A stretch of 35,255 nucleotides of DNA from Spirochaetales bacterium (GCA_016928955.1 JAFGJV010000038.1:1-35255), one strand, 5' to 3'. Counted from the first letter of the stretch, positions 9,183 to 17,772 are shown. Numbers and translations: made by a program. The notes: generated by a model not told the origin, from the letters alone.

Positions 9183-10220
9183 TCACCTCCCTTCAATCGC
9201 GGGCATCATTGTACGGAAATCGGGCATTTTGTCAATCCCGAGCAGGGCTTCAGGGTCGCAGGCCACTCCGAGCACCCTGAGTTCCCAGTGCAGGTGGGGA
9301 CCGGTGGACAGGCCGGTTGACCCCACGGCCCCCAGGGATTGCCCGCGTTCCACAATCTGGCCGGGGAGGACGTCCATGCGGCTCAGGTGCATGTAAATGG
9401 TATACACGCCGGGCAGGTGCTCCACGATGACGGTCAGCCCGGTGGTTATGCGCTCCTCAGCCATGACCACCTTGCCCCGCCCCGGCGCCGATACCGGCGT
9501 GCCCGTGGGATAGCCGTAGTCTATGCCGGCGTGCACGCTGTAGGCGGACGTGCCTGATGAGTATTTATAGGTGCGCTGGTCGCCAAAGAAGGCCGTTCTC
9601 CGGTTGCCGCTCAGGGGGGCTGAGAAGCCGCCGTCAAGATACACGGCGCCGGGATCCACGGTCAGGAGCACGGCGTTGTAGTGCTCGGCCTGCTCGTCCT
9701 TACGGGGGTCCGGCTGGGCGCGTATGCGCGTTAGGGCAGCGTTCAGGACCAAGGTTTCCTTGTTCCAGGTCCGCTTCCGCAAATCCATGTCCACCGTGGC
9801 CAGCTCGACGCCGGCAGAGTACGCCACAACGGTGGCCGTGCCCACGGGGGCGTCGGTGGGCACGCCGACCAGGGCCATCCAGGCGGCCCGGGGCGACGAC
9901 GGCCTGGCCGAGGGACCGGCGCCGGGTACCGGTTCGCCTGGCACGCGGTCGGTCCTCCGGGGCACGCGGTGGGCGGGCGCTCTGGGGCTCTCACTGCCGT
10001 CAGGGTAGCGGATGCTCAGCTCCACGGGCAGGGCTGGCAGGCTCTGCCCGGAACGCACGGCCAGGGACACGAACACGGGGTCGCCCTGCCGGACAGCCGC
10101 CGGGGCTACCACGGCGCAGCCCGGATCCGCCGGCGCGGCCGCCTGGGCTTCCTGGGCGCGGATGGCGTGCGCCCCCGCTATGCAGGCTGCCATGGCGAGA
10201 ACGCGGACAAGATGTTTCAT
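9183..10220 (-). CDS. M23 family metallopeptidase, secreted
   Basis: Signal peptide; HAGID (HxxxD), YMHL and TGPHLHWE (HxH) motifs. Confidence 0.9.
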   Translation of the reverse strand: MKHLVRVLAMAACIAGAHAIRAQEAQAAAPADPGCAVVAPAAVRQGDPVFVSLAVRSGQSLPALPVELSIRYPDGSESPRAPAHRVPRRTDRVPGEPVPGAGPSARPSSPRAAWMALVGVPTDAPVGTATVVAYSAGVELATVDMDLRKRTWNKETLVLNAALTRIRAQPDPRKDEQAEHYNAVLLTVDPGAVYLDGGFSAPLSGNRRTAFFGDQRTYKYSSGTSAYSVHAGIDYGYPTGTPVSAPGRGKVVMAEERITTGLTVIVEHLPGVYTIYMHLSRMDVLPGQIVERGQSLGAVGSTGLSTGPHLHWELRVLGVACDPEALLGIDKMPDFRTMMPAIEGR

Positions 10221-10226
10221 GCCGCC

Positions 10227-10312
10227 ATGCTAACCCAAGGGGGACGCGCCCATCAAGGACGCACCGAGACGCCGTATCCGCATTTGACCACCACCGGGGC
10301 TCGTCCTATACT
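10227..10312. promoter_or_regulatory. Divergent sigma70-like promoters for the M23 and PP2C genes
   Basis: Plus: TTGACC (10284-10289)-17-TATACT (10307-10312). Minus: TTGATG (10256-10251)-18-TAGCAT (10232-10227). Confidence 0.55.
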
Positions 10313-10317
10313 GGTGT

Positions 10318-11598
10318 ATGCCCGACCAGGGGCCCCGGGGTAGCATGAGTTCCCAAACCGTTTCTATGGACGACAAGCCCAGCGCCGCGGACCTGAACAC
10401 CCTGGCCGCCAGCCTTTCCCAGGGCGAGGCGCTCCCGGCGGCGTCGGCGGAACTGTCCCGAGCCTATGAGGAAGTGCAGAAGCGGAACGACGAATTCCGC
10501 CGCGAGCTGGCCATGGCTCGCAAGGTACAGGCAACCTTCATACCGCAGGACAATGACTTCCCCCAGCGCTCCGAGTTGGCCTTTGGCGGCTATTACGAGG
10601 CCATGGCCGACGTTGGCGGCGACATATACGACATCATACGCATAGGCAAGAACGCCTACGGCCTGATCATAGCCGACGTGTCCGGCCACGGCGTGGCGGC
10701 CGCCCTGGTCACGGCCCTGGTCAAGATAGCCTTCCGTTCGCGCATGTCCTGGGGCGTGCGCACCGACGACGTGTGTTCAGCCGTCAACGCGTCGCTCCAC
10801 GAGATCCTGGGCGACGGCGAGCGCTACGTCACGGCCTTTGTGGCCATACTCAACCTGGAAACGGGCATCCTGGAGTACACCAACGCGGCCCACCACCCGG
10901 CCCTGCTGATCCGTGGCGACCAGATGTTCAAGCTGGATTCGGACGGCGGATTTCTGGGCATATTCACATCGCCGCGTTTCGGCCGGGAATTCATAGCCCT
11001 GGAACCCGGCGACCGGGTATACCTGTACACCGACGGCATACCGGAGTCGCGCAGCTACCTGGGAGAAGAGTACGGTTTTGATCGTCTGGCCGCCCGCATC
11101 ATGAGCGCGCCGGAGGCGTCGCCGTCTGAGCTGGTGTCCTGGCTCATGCGGGACGTCATGGCCTTTACCATGGGCGCCCCGCCCCACGACGACCGGGCCG
11201 TGCTGTGCGTGTCGTTCAATGGGCTGGCTCCGGAGCGCAAGCCGGGCGACGCGCACGCCGGCCAGGAGGGAACAGCCTCTACCCCCGAGTGGCTGGAAAC
11301 GGCCGGTCAAGAACCCGAACCTCCTCCCAGGCCCCCCGAGGATCCCGTGCGTAAGGGCGCGTACCGCGCGGCCACGGCCGTCCACGACCCCAAGGCCGCC
11401 CTGGATGCCTGGAAACGCTACCTGGACGCCTACCCGGACGACGCCCGAGCCATGAACAACGCCGGCGTTATCCTGTACCGCCTCGGGCGCATGGACGAGG
11501 CAGAGGCCATGCTCAGGAGCGCGGTCATAGCGTCGCCCGGGGACAGGAAACTGCTCCACAACCTTGCCCTTGTATCGAAAGGCGGGCGGAGGATATAA
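10318..11598 (+). CDS. SpoIIE/RsbU-like PP2C Ser/Thr phosphatase with C-terminal TPR-like motif
   Basis: DVGGDIYD, IADVSGHG, YTDGI, HDD motifs; C-terminal P.DARAMNNAGVILYRLGR..EA TPR pattern; start uncertain (10318/10345). Confidence 0.88.
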   Translation: MPDQGPRGSMSSQTVSMDDKPSAADLNTLAASLSQGEALPAASAELSRAYEEVQKRNDEFRRELAMARKVQATFIPQDNDFPQRSELAFGGYYEAMADVGGDIYDIIRIGKNAYGLIIADVSGHGVAAALVTALVKIAFRSRMSWGVRTDDVCSAVNASLHEILGDGERYVTAFVAILNLETGILEYTNAAHHPALLIRGDQMFKLDSDGGFLGIFTSPRFGREFIALEPGDRVYLYTDGIPESRSYLGEEYGFDRLAARIMSAPEASPSELVSWLMRDVMAFTMGAPPHDDRAVLCVSFNGLAPERKPGDAHAGQEGTASTPEWLETAGQEPEPPPRPPEDPVRKGAYRAATAVHDPKAALDAWKRYLDAYPDDARAMNNAGVILYRLGRMDEAEAMLRSAVIASPGDRKLLHNLALVSKGGRRI

Positions 11599-11605
11599 AG
11601 GAAGC

Positions 11606-12112
11606 ATGAACATCTTCCTGTCGCTGACCGGCAAGCCGCGGGGCGGCACCCCCCTTTCCTACGTATACGCCATACCCGTCTGGTACCGCCTGGCGGCTAC
11701 CCTGATCACGGCCATCCTGCTGGCCGGGGCTCTCGCGGTGGAAGGCGTGGCCCTGGGCTGGGTGGTGGTGGTCCTGTCAGCCATCGGAGCCCTCTATGAG
11801 GAACGCTGGACCTTCTCATCGGAGTCCCGCACGGTGACGGCCCGCCTGGGCCTTCTGTTCCTGGCAAAAGGGCCGAGCTTCTCCTTTGACGACGTGGCCC
11901 TGGTAACGGTGGACATCTTTGCCAAAGGCAGGATGGACCAAAGCGTCAAACCGGAGGCAGACAAGATGCCCCTGGGATCCCAGGCGCGCCTGGTCGTCGA
12001 GCTCAAGGACGGCACCCGCTATCTCCTGGATTCCGTGCCGTTCCGCGCCCGGGAACGTATCCGCAGGAACGCCGACACTTTGGCGGCCTTCATGGGCGTG
12101 CCCGCCCGCTAG
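11606..12112 (+). CDS. Hypothetical membrane protein (2 TM)
   Basis: 168 aa from ATG 11606 after AAAGGA; two hydrophobic segments; GC-rich third positions. Confidence 0.7.
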   Translation: MNIFLSLTGKPRGGTPLSYVYAIPVWYRLAATLITAILLAGALAVEGVALGWVVVVLSAIGALYEERWTFSSESRTVTARLGLLFLAKGPSFSFDDVALVTVDIFAKGRMDQSVKPEADKMPLGSQARLVVELKDGTRYLLDSVPFRARERIRRNADTLAAFMGVPAR

Positions 12113-12124
12113 CCCGCCCTTGCC

Positions 12125-12152
12125 TTGACATTCGGCGCCCGCATGCTAAGAT
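12125..12152 (+). promoter_or_regulatory. Candidate sigma70 promoter for serA-serC
   Basis: TTGACA (12125-12130), 16 bp spacer with TGn, TAAGAT (12147-12152). Confidence 0.6.
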
Positions 12153-12310
12153 GGTGCCACGATTTCCCGTCAATCATCCATGCTGGAGTATTCTCGCCCA
12201 GGCGGCTGTCCAGGCCGCGCCGAGCGCTTCCAGCCTGGGCTGGCGGGCAATCCACAGAGGAGGCGCCTTGCAACCCACCGGTGTTTGGCGTCTTTCGACA
12301 AATTACTACA

Positions 12311-12418
12311 GGGAGCCGCTTAAAAACTTCGGTTTTAAGCGGGTTACCTTAGGAAACGAGCGTTTTCGACCGAAAACGCAGGGAACATCCAATAACCATG
12401 GGGTTAGTGGATGCTCCC
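12311..12418 (+). mobile_element. 108-bp triple-hairpin MITE/REPIN-like element, copy A (diverged)
   Basis: Colinear with 14423-14530 and the reverse complement of 31901-32008; flanks TACA/TATT are not duplicated. Confidence 0.8.
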
Positions 12419-12443
12419 TATTGAACCTTAAAAGGAGGGTTCC

Positions 12444-13316
12444 ATGCGTATCCTGCTGGCGGACGCGTTCACGCCTGACCTGCCCAAACGCCTTGAGGCC
12501 TTTGGGGACGTGTCCCAGGATCTGGGCACGGTAGCTGAAGCCGAGATCGTCATAGTCCGGTCCAAGACCAAGGTGGACAAGGCCATGATCGACAAGGCTC
12601 CCAAACTGAAGTACATCATCCGGGGAGGCGTGGGCGTGGACACCATAGACGTTGACTACGCCAAGACCAAGGGCATAGCCGTGGACAACACGCCGGAAGC
12701 GTCCAGCGTGGCCGTGGCCGAGCTGGCCTTTGCTCTGATGATGGCCCTGCCCAACCACATAGCGCGCGCGGACGCCTCCATGAAAGAGGGCAAGTGGCTC
12801 AAGAAAGAGCTCGAGCGCACTGAACTCCTTGGCAAGACCCTGGGCCTGGTGGGCATAGGCCGCATAGCCCGGGAAGTGGCCGCGCGGGCCAAGGCCTTTG
12901 GCATGCGCGTGATTGCCTATGACAAATACGTGGACTCAAGCGACGCCGCCGAGATGGTCAGCCTGGACACGGTATACGCCCAGGCCGACTACATATCCCT
13001 CCATACGCCGCTGACGGACGAGACCCGCGGCATGATCAACAAGACCACCATCGGCACGATGAAAAAGGGCGCGCGCGTGGTCAACACCTGTCGCGGCCAG
13101 GTCATCGTGGATGCCGACGTGGCGGCCGCGTTGGCATCCGGCCAGCTCGGCGGCTACGCGGCGGACGTGTACGACAAGGAGCCGCCGGAAGGATCTCCCC
13201 TCCTGTCGGCGCCCAACGTGGTCCTCACGCCCCACATAGGGGCCAGTTCCGAGGAAAACCTCCTGCGCCTGGCCGACAGCATCGTCGACCGCGTCCAGAA
13301 GTACGCAAAGAAGTAA
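12444..13316 (+). CDS. serA: D-3-phosphoglycerate dehydrogenase, short form without ACT domain
   Basis: D-2-hydroxyacid dehydrogenase motifs RGGVGVDTID, GLVGIGRIA, TPHIGAS; 290 aa; directly upstream of serC; AAAGGAGG SD. Confidence 0.8.
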   Translation: MRILLADAFTPDLPKRLEAFGDVSQDLGTVAEAEIVIVRSKTKVDKAMIDKAPKLKYIIRGGVGVDTIDVDYAKTKGIAVDNTPEASSVAVAELAFALMMALPNHIARADASMKEGKWLKKELERTELLGKTLGLVGIGRIAREVAARAKAFGMRVIAYDKYVDSSDAAEMVSLDTVYAQADYISLHTPLTDETRGMINKTTIGTMKKGARVVNTCRGQVIVDADVAAALASGQLGGYAADVYDKEPPEGSPLLSAPNVVLTPHIGASSEENLLRLADSIVDRVQKYAKK

Positions 13317-13326
13317 GGAGTCACCG

Positions 13327-14421
13327 ATGAAACGCGTCATCAACTACGCGGCCGGCCCCGCCGCCATACCCATGGAAGTCCTTGAGCAGGCCCGCGACGA
13401 AATGCTGGACTGGAACGGCACCGGCTGCTCCGTCATGGAAGTGTCGCACCGCGGCAAGGAATACGACGCCCTGCACATGGGCACCATGGACCTGTTCCGC
13501 GAGATAGCCGGGCTCCCGTCAGACTACCACGTCCTTTTCACCACCGGCGGCGCCAGCACCCAGTTCCTCATGCTCCCTATGAACTACCTGGGAGCCGGCA
13601 AGGAAGCCGACTACGTGATCACCGGCAACTGGTCCAAGGGCGCCGTCAAGGAAGCCAAGCGTTACGGCAAGATCTCCCACCCGGCCAACATGGAGCTGGA
13701 GGGCGAGCGCTTTGTGGCCATACCCAAGCAGGCCGAGCTGAATTTCAACCCGGCCGCCGAGTACGTGCACTACACCAGCAACAACACGGTGGAAGGCACC
13801 CAGTGGCACTACATACCGGACGTCAAGGGCAAGCCCCTGGTGTGCGACATGTCCAGCGACATATTCAGCCGGCCCCTGGACTTTACCAAGTACAGCATGA
13901 TCTACGCCGGCGCCCAGAAGAACCTGGGTCCCTCCGGAGTGACCGTGGTGGCCATCAAGGACGAGTTCCTCCAGAAGGCCAACGCCGACCTGCCCACCAT
14001 GATGTCGTACAAGGTGTTCAAGGAGAAATTCTCCATGCACAACACCCCGCCCTGCTTCTCCATCTACATCCTGAACCTGGTGCTCCGCTGGCTCAAGAAG
14101 AACGGCGGCCTGGCGGCCATGGGCAAGATCAACGAGCAGAAGCAGAAACTCCTGTACACCGCGGTTGACGGCTCCGGCGGCTACTACCAGGGCCTGGCCC
14201 AGCCGGAGTCCCGCTCATGGATGAACATAGACTTCAAGCTTCCCACGCCGGAGCTGGACGCCAAATTCGTGACAGACGCCAAAGCGGCTGGCATCGTGCA
14301 AACCAAGGGCTACCGCACCATGGGCGGCATACGCCTGTCCGCGTACAACGCGGTGTCCCTCAAGGACGTGGAGACCACGGTCCAGTTCATGCAGGATTTC
14401 AAGGCCAAGAACCCAGCCTAA
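13327..14421 (+). CDS. serC: Phosphoserine aminotransferase
   Basis: NYAAGPA, SVMEVSHR, DMSSD, PLP-lysine motif GAQKNLGPSG, NTPP. Confidence 0.95.
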   Translation: MKRVINYAAGPAAIPMEVLEQARDEMLDWNGTGCSVMEVSHRGKEYDALHMGTMDLFREIAGLPSDYHVLFTTGGASTQFLMLPMNYLGAGKEADYVITGNWSKGAVKEAKRYGKISHPANMELEGERFVAIPKQAELNFNPAAEYVHYTSNNTVEGTQWHYIPDVKGKPLVCDMSSDIFSRPLDFTKYSMIYAGAQKNLGPSGVTVVAIKDEFLQKANADLPTMMSYKVFKEKFSMHNTPPCFSIYILNLVLRWLKKNGGLAAMGKINEQKQKLLYTAVDGSGGYYQGLAQPESRSWMNIDFKLPTPELDAKFVTDAKAAGIVQTKGYRTMGGIRLSAYNAVSLKDVETTVQFMQDFKAKNPA

Positions 14422-14422
14422 A

Positions 14423-14530
14423 GGGAGCCTCTAAAAACTTCAGTTTTTAGAGGATTACCTTAGAAAACCTTGCGTTTTCAGCCGAAAACGCAGGGAACAT
14501 CTAATAACCATTGGGTTATTAGATGTTCCC
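14423..14530 (+). mobile_element. 108-bp triple-hairpin MITE/REPIN-like element, copy B
   Basis: Imperfect terminal inverted repeats GGGAGCCTCTAAAAAC / GTTATTAGATGTTCCC; flanked by TAAA (14419-14422) and TAAA (14531-14534). Confidence 0.85.
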
Positions 14531-14550
14531 TAAAGTCCTACTGACACGAC

Positions 14551-14587
14551 ACAAAAACCCGCCCGGTCAGACCGGGCGGGTTTTTGT
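14551..14587. terminator. Bidirectional rho-independent terminator
   Basis: ACAAAAACCCGCCCGGT-CAG-ACCGGGCGGGTTTTTGT between convergent serC and lipoprotein genes. Confidence 0.9.
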
Positions 14588-14601
14588 ACAGGGACAAACG
14601 A

Positions 14602-15072
14602 TCAGAAGGCAACCGTGCAGTCAAAGGTATTGGCGCCTATGACGCCCTGCAAAGTCACGGAGCCGTTACCGGTATCCGTGTTGAGGCTGATGGTTGCAGT
14701 GTAATCCATGGCCAGGGTGTAGTTCAGGTCCGGGCCGGTGATTGACAGGCCTGAGCTGTGGACGGCCATCGTATAAACTACCAAAGGCAGATTGGTATCA
14801 TCTACGCCCATGGACGCACTGAAAGCGCCTTGAACATGATAGGTCTTGCCGTCCACCAAAACGTCGGCGTTGATGGTGTAATTGTAGGTGGCGGTCGCGG
14901 ACGAGCGGGCCACCGCCGCTTTGGCTGCCTCTTCCACTGCCTGGGGCATCCCGGCATTGACAATCCGGGCCGCCAGTACCGCTTCCTCATCAGTCAGGTT
15001 GCCACTGAAGGGGTTGGCGCACGACGCCAAAACCAGGGCCGCGGCCAAGGCCGCGAACAGAATTTTTCTCAC
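14602..15072 (-). CDS. Hypothetical lipoprotein
   Basis: GTG start at 15072 after AAGGAGG; MRKILFAALAAALVLASC lipobox. Confidence 0.8.
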   Translation of the reverse strand: MRKILFAALAAALVLASCANPFSGNLTDEEAVLAARIVNAGMPQAVEEAAKAAVARSSATATYNYTINADVLVDGKTYHVQGAFSASMGVDDTNLPLVVYTMAVHSSGLSITGPDLNYTLAMDYTATISLNTDTGNGSVTLQGVIGANTFDCTVAF

Positions 15073-15225
15073 GTTTATCCTCCTTGCCCGGAGGCAGGGG
15101 CTCCCGTAGAGAGCGCTGCCACCCATGGGACTTTGAATAAACCACAGTCTATCGCGGAGAATTCTTCTTTTCAGGAGATGTTGTCCGAATTAGGAGCGGC
15201 GTTCTTTCCCTGTCAGCGGGGCCGT

Positions 15226-16026
15226 TTACGGAAAGAGGCGACGCTCCAGGGCGGAAAGATTTCCGCCGGAGGCGAGCACATCGGCCACAGCCCTGCCAAA
15301 GGCGTCAGTGCCCATGCCGGATGACCCGGCCCGCCTGGCAAACTCAGCCACGTGACCGAACTGGCCAACATGCAAGCGCGAGGCGGCAATGATACGAGCA
15401 AGGTCGTCACGGCAGGGCTGGCCAAAAGCGTAGGCCACGGCCGCCGCCGCTGTCAGCGCCGCCCCAGCGCGCTCGGGGTCGCCGCCGCTGGCCATGGCCC
15501 AGGCATGCACGCCGCGCACCGCCTCAAGGCCAAGTCCGTTCCGCAGGGCAGCTCCGGCGCTCAGGTAGAAAACGGACGCCTTGTCCGACGGAGGCCATAC
15601 GTCAAAACCCGGTAGCCTGACTATACGGGTCCAGGCATCGGCGTCTACCGCGAGGGCGTCCAGGATGGCCGCGGGACTGGCCCGTTTGGCCACAGCTTCC
15701 CTAATACGCTGGCTGAAGGCGCCCTCCGGCACGCCGGCGGCCAGGGCCGGGGCGGCCAGCTCAAGTATGGCCGTTTTTGTGCCAGCGTCCAGGTATCCGG
15801 CCTCCGCTGAGCCCAGGAAGGAGCGGAGAGCGTCCATGCCTGAGTCCGCCTGCCCGGAACCCGAGCGTTCCCTGGTTTTGTCCTCAGTTCCCTGGGCGCT
15901 CGGCGTGTCGACGCCGCTGCCCGGGTTTTGGGGCTGGGCTGGCCTGCCTCCGGGCTGGGCATAGGCCGATACGGCCAGGGCTGCCACAAGGAAGGCGCTT
16001 ACGCAGATCACGCGCAGTCGGGTCAT
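15226..16026 (-). CDS. Secreted Ala-rich helical hypothetical protein
   Basis: Signal peptide ending AYA/Q; AGGAGG SD; third gene of the ECF operon. Confidence 0.75.
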   Translation of the reverse strand: MTRLRVICVSAFLVAALAVSAYAQPGGRPAQPQNPGSGVDTPSAQGTEDKTRERSGSGQADSGMDALRSFLGSAEAGYLDAGTKTAILELAAPALAAGVPEGAFSQRIREAVAKRASPAAILDALAVDADAWTRIVRLPGFDVWPPSDKASVFYLSAGAALRNGLGLEAVRGVHAWAMASGGDPERAGAALTAAAAVAYAFGQPCRDDLARIIAASRLHVGQFGHVAEFARRAGSSGMGTDAFGRAVADVLASGGNLSALERRLFP

Positions 16027-16035
16027 ACGCTCCTC

Positions 16036-16605
16036 CTACAGGGCCAGGGACGACATGGAGCCCCCAAAGCCGTCGTCCAGCAACATGGGCGCGTTGGGAT
16101 CGGCCACCCAGCGCTCGCCGTCTATGATAAAGTTGTACGTGTATGCCCTGCCCTTGCGCAGGGGGACGACGATGGACCAGGTGCCGTCGTGGGCGCTCCG
16201 CGTAAGCTCGTAGCCCTCGGGCGACCAGCCGTTGAAATCGGCGGCCAGAACCACGCTGCTGGCTTCCGGCGCCTCCAGGGTGAACCGCACCTCTACCACG
16301 TCCAGCGGACGCAGAAGAGTCGCTGTCAGGGTGGAACTGATGGCTATGAGGGCGACGGCGGCGGCGGCCAGGGCCGCCACGCGCCACGCGCGTGGGGCGC
16401 GCGCGCTTTGCGGACGTTTTGCGCCGTTCGGCCGGCCAAAGGCGCGCGCCGCCTCCATGATGGCGTCGGCGCTGGCCGCCGCGGCTTGCCTGTTGCGGGG
16501 AAACAGGCGCGCCCCGGAGCCCGGCTCCGGAGAGTCGAACACCCAGGCGGCCCGTTTTCTGGCCTGCGTAACCTGTGGCATGTCCGTCGGCTTCAATCCC
16601 TTCAT
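16036..16605 (-). CDS. Single-TM protein with C-terminal CBM48/glycogen-binding-like domain; candidate anti-sigma factor
   Basis: TM WRVAALAAAAVALIAISS then VRFTLEAPEASSVVLAADFNGW...W...L.KG..YTYNFIIDGERWVADP..P...DGFGG; directly follows the ECF gene. Confidence 0.8.
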   Translation of the reverse strand: MKGLKPTDMPQVTQARKRAAWVFDSPEPGSGARLFPRNRQAAAASADAIMEAARAFGRPNGAKRPQSARAPRAWRVAALAAAAVALIAISSTLTATLLRPLDVVEVRFTLEAPEASSVVLAADFNGWSPEGYELTRSAHDGTWSIVVPLRKGRAYTYNFIIDGERWVADPNAPMLLDDGFGGSMSSLAL

Positions 16606-16609
16606 ACTT

Positions 16610-17191
16610 CTATCTACCCTCCAAGGCCGTGTCCGGTTGCCCGGCAAGCCGTCTGGCCAGCTCTTTTCTGGCCCGAAACAGCCTGGACTTCACTGCTTCC
16701 GTGCCCAGGCCAAGGCTGGCGGCCACCTGGGCCACGTCCAGCCCGGCAAAATAATAGAGTTCCACGGGAGCGCGCATGGAAGCAGGTAGCCCGGCAAGTG
16801 CCGATCTGAGCTCGGCCGCGGCCAGGTCTCGCAGGACGCCGTCCTCCGCGCTGGCCTCGGCTGGCCCGTCGCCCGCCAGGAGTTCCTTCCCGGCCGCCTC
16901 CACCAGCTGTCCGGCGGCCGACCTGGACGCGTACCTGGATTTGACCCGGTTGGCCGCGATGGCGAACAGCCAAGGGGCAAAGCCCCGGGCGGGATCAAAA
17001 GAAGAAAGCGAACGGTAGGCCCGGATGAACACGTCCTGGACGGCGTCCTCCGCCTCGTCCGCGTCGCCAAGCCGGGCGGCGCAGAAACGGTACAGCCGGT
17101 CGCTGTAGCGGTCCACCAGGATGCGGAAAGCTTCTGTGTCGCCGCTCACGACGCGCTCGAGCGCGGTACGGTCGTCCGTTTCCTCGTTCAT
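16610..17191 (-). CDS. ECF-family RNA polymerase sigma factor
   Basis: GD.EAF..LV.RY, AEDAVQDVF, F.PWLFAIA.N (region 2); LP..R...LYYF.GL...VA..LG....VKSRLFRAR (region 4). Confidence 0.92.
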   Translation of the reverse strand: MNEETDDRTALERVVSGDTEAFRILVDRYSDRLYRFCAARLGDADEAEDAVQDVFIRAYRSLSSFDPARGFAPWLFAIAANRVKSRYASRSAAGQLVEAAGKELLAGDGPAEASAEDGVLRDLAAAELRSALAGLPASMRAPVELYYFAGLDVAQVAASLGLGTEAVKSRLFRARKELARRLAGQPDTALEGR

Positions 17192-17325
17192 TGAAGCCCA
17201 GTATAGCGCGGAGTGGCCGCTTAGAAAATCCGCGCGGCGGGCGCAACCGGACGGCGGGTCGGGCGGTATACCCTTGCGTAGGCGCTGAAGGCGGCAAGCC
17301 GGGGCGCCCACCAGGAGGTTTGACC

Positions 17326-17772
17326 ATGAAGAAGACCCTTACTGTCCTGTTGTTCATGGCTTTGGCCGTTTCGGCTTTTGCCATGGGAGCCAGGCAAGCC
17401 ATGACTGAAGACGAGGCCCTGGCCATGATCGACGCCAAGGTTACCGAGCTCGAGCTCACCCTTGAGGATTCCCAGGCGGCCAAGGAGGCTTTTGCCGCCA
17501 TGGTGGAAGCCCAGGTCCGCGTCGAGAACGCCTTCCGCGTGGTGTCCGACGCCATGGACGGCGGCCTCAAGGCCAAAGAGATGACGGCCCTGGCCGAGCA
17601 GGTACGCCAGCGCTCCAAGGCTGGTGGTTCGGCTGGCGAGTGCGAAGAGGCCGCCAAGCTGATGGTACGCGAGCAGATCCGCACCCGCGACCAGGCGCAG
17701 CTGAAAGACGGTTCGGGCGACGGCGTCACCGATCAGCCGGGTACCGGAGCCGGAGCGGGAGCCGGCAACTAA
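17326..17772 (+). CDS. Secreted helical hypothetical protein with low-complexity tail
   Basis: AGGAGG SD; MKKTLTVLLFMALAVSAFA signal peptide; tail QIRTRDQAQLKDGSG...GAGAGAGN. Confidence 0.8.
   Translation: MKKTLTVLLFMALAVSAFAMGARQAMTEDEALAMIDAKVTELELTLEDSQAAKEAFAAMVEAQVRVENAFRVVSDAMDGGLKAKEMTALAEQVRQRSKAGGSAGECEEAAKLMVREQIRTRDQAQLKDGSGDGVTDQPGTGAGAGAGN

Noticed and set aside
8967..10220. M23-S21 fusion by TGA readthrough (same frame)
   Set aside because: A secreted peptidase fused to a ribosomal protein is implausible, and a strong SD sits correctly for independent initiation
12269..12292. TGCAAC...CGTC ECF-like promoter before serA
   Set aside because: The 14-bp spacer is shorter than usual for such promoters and a good sigma70 promoter exists upstream
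12181..12300. ZMP/ZTP (pfl), glycine or T-box riboswitch in the serA leader
   Set aside because: Fragments such as CTGGCG and GCCTGGGC are in the wrong order for pfl; no glycine or T-box consensus was found by eye
12311..14530. serA-serC as a composite transposon bounded by two direct copies of the 108-bp element
   Set aside because: Copy B has its own TAAA duplication, the outer flanks differ (TACA vs TAAA), the copies are diverged, and the genes have host-like codon usage
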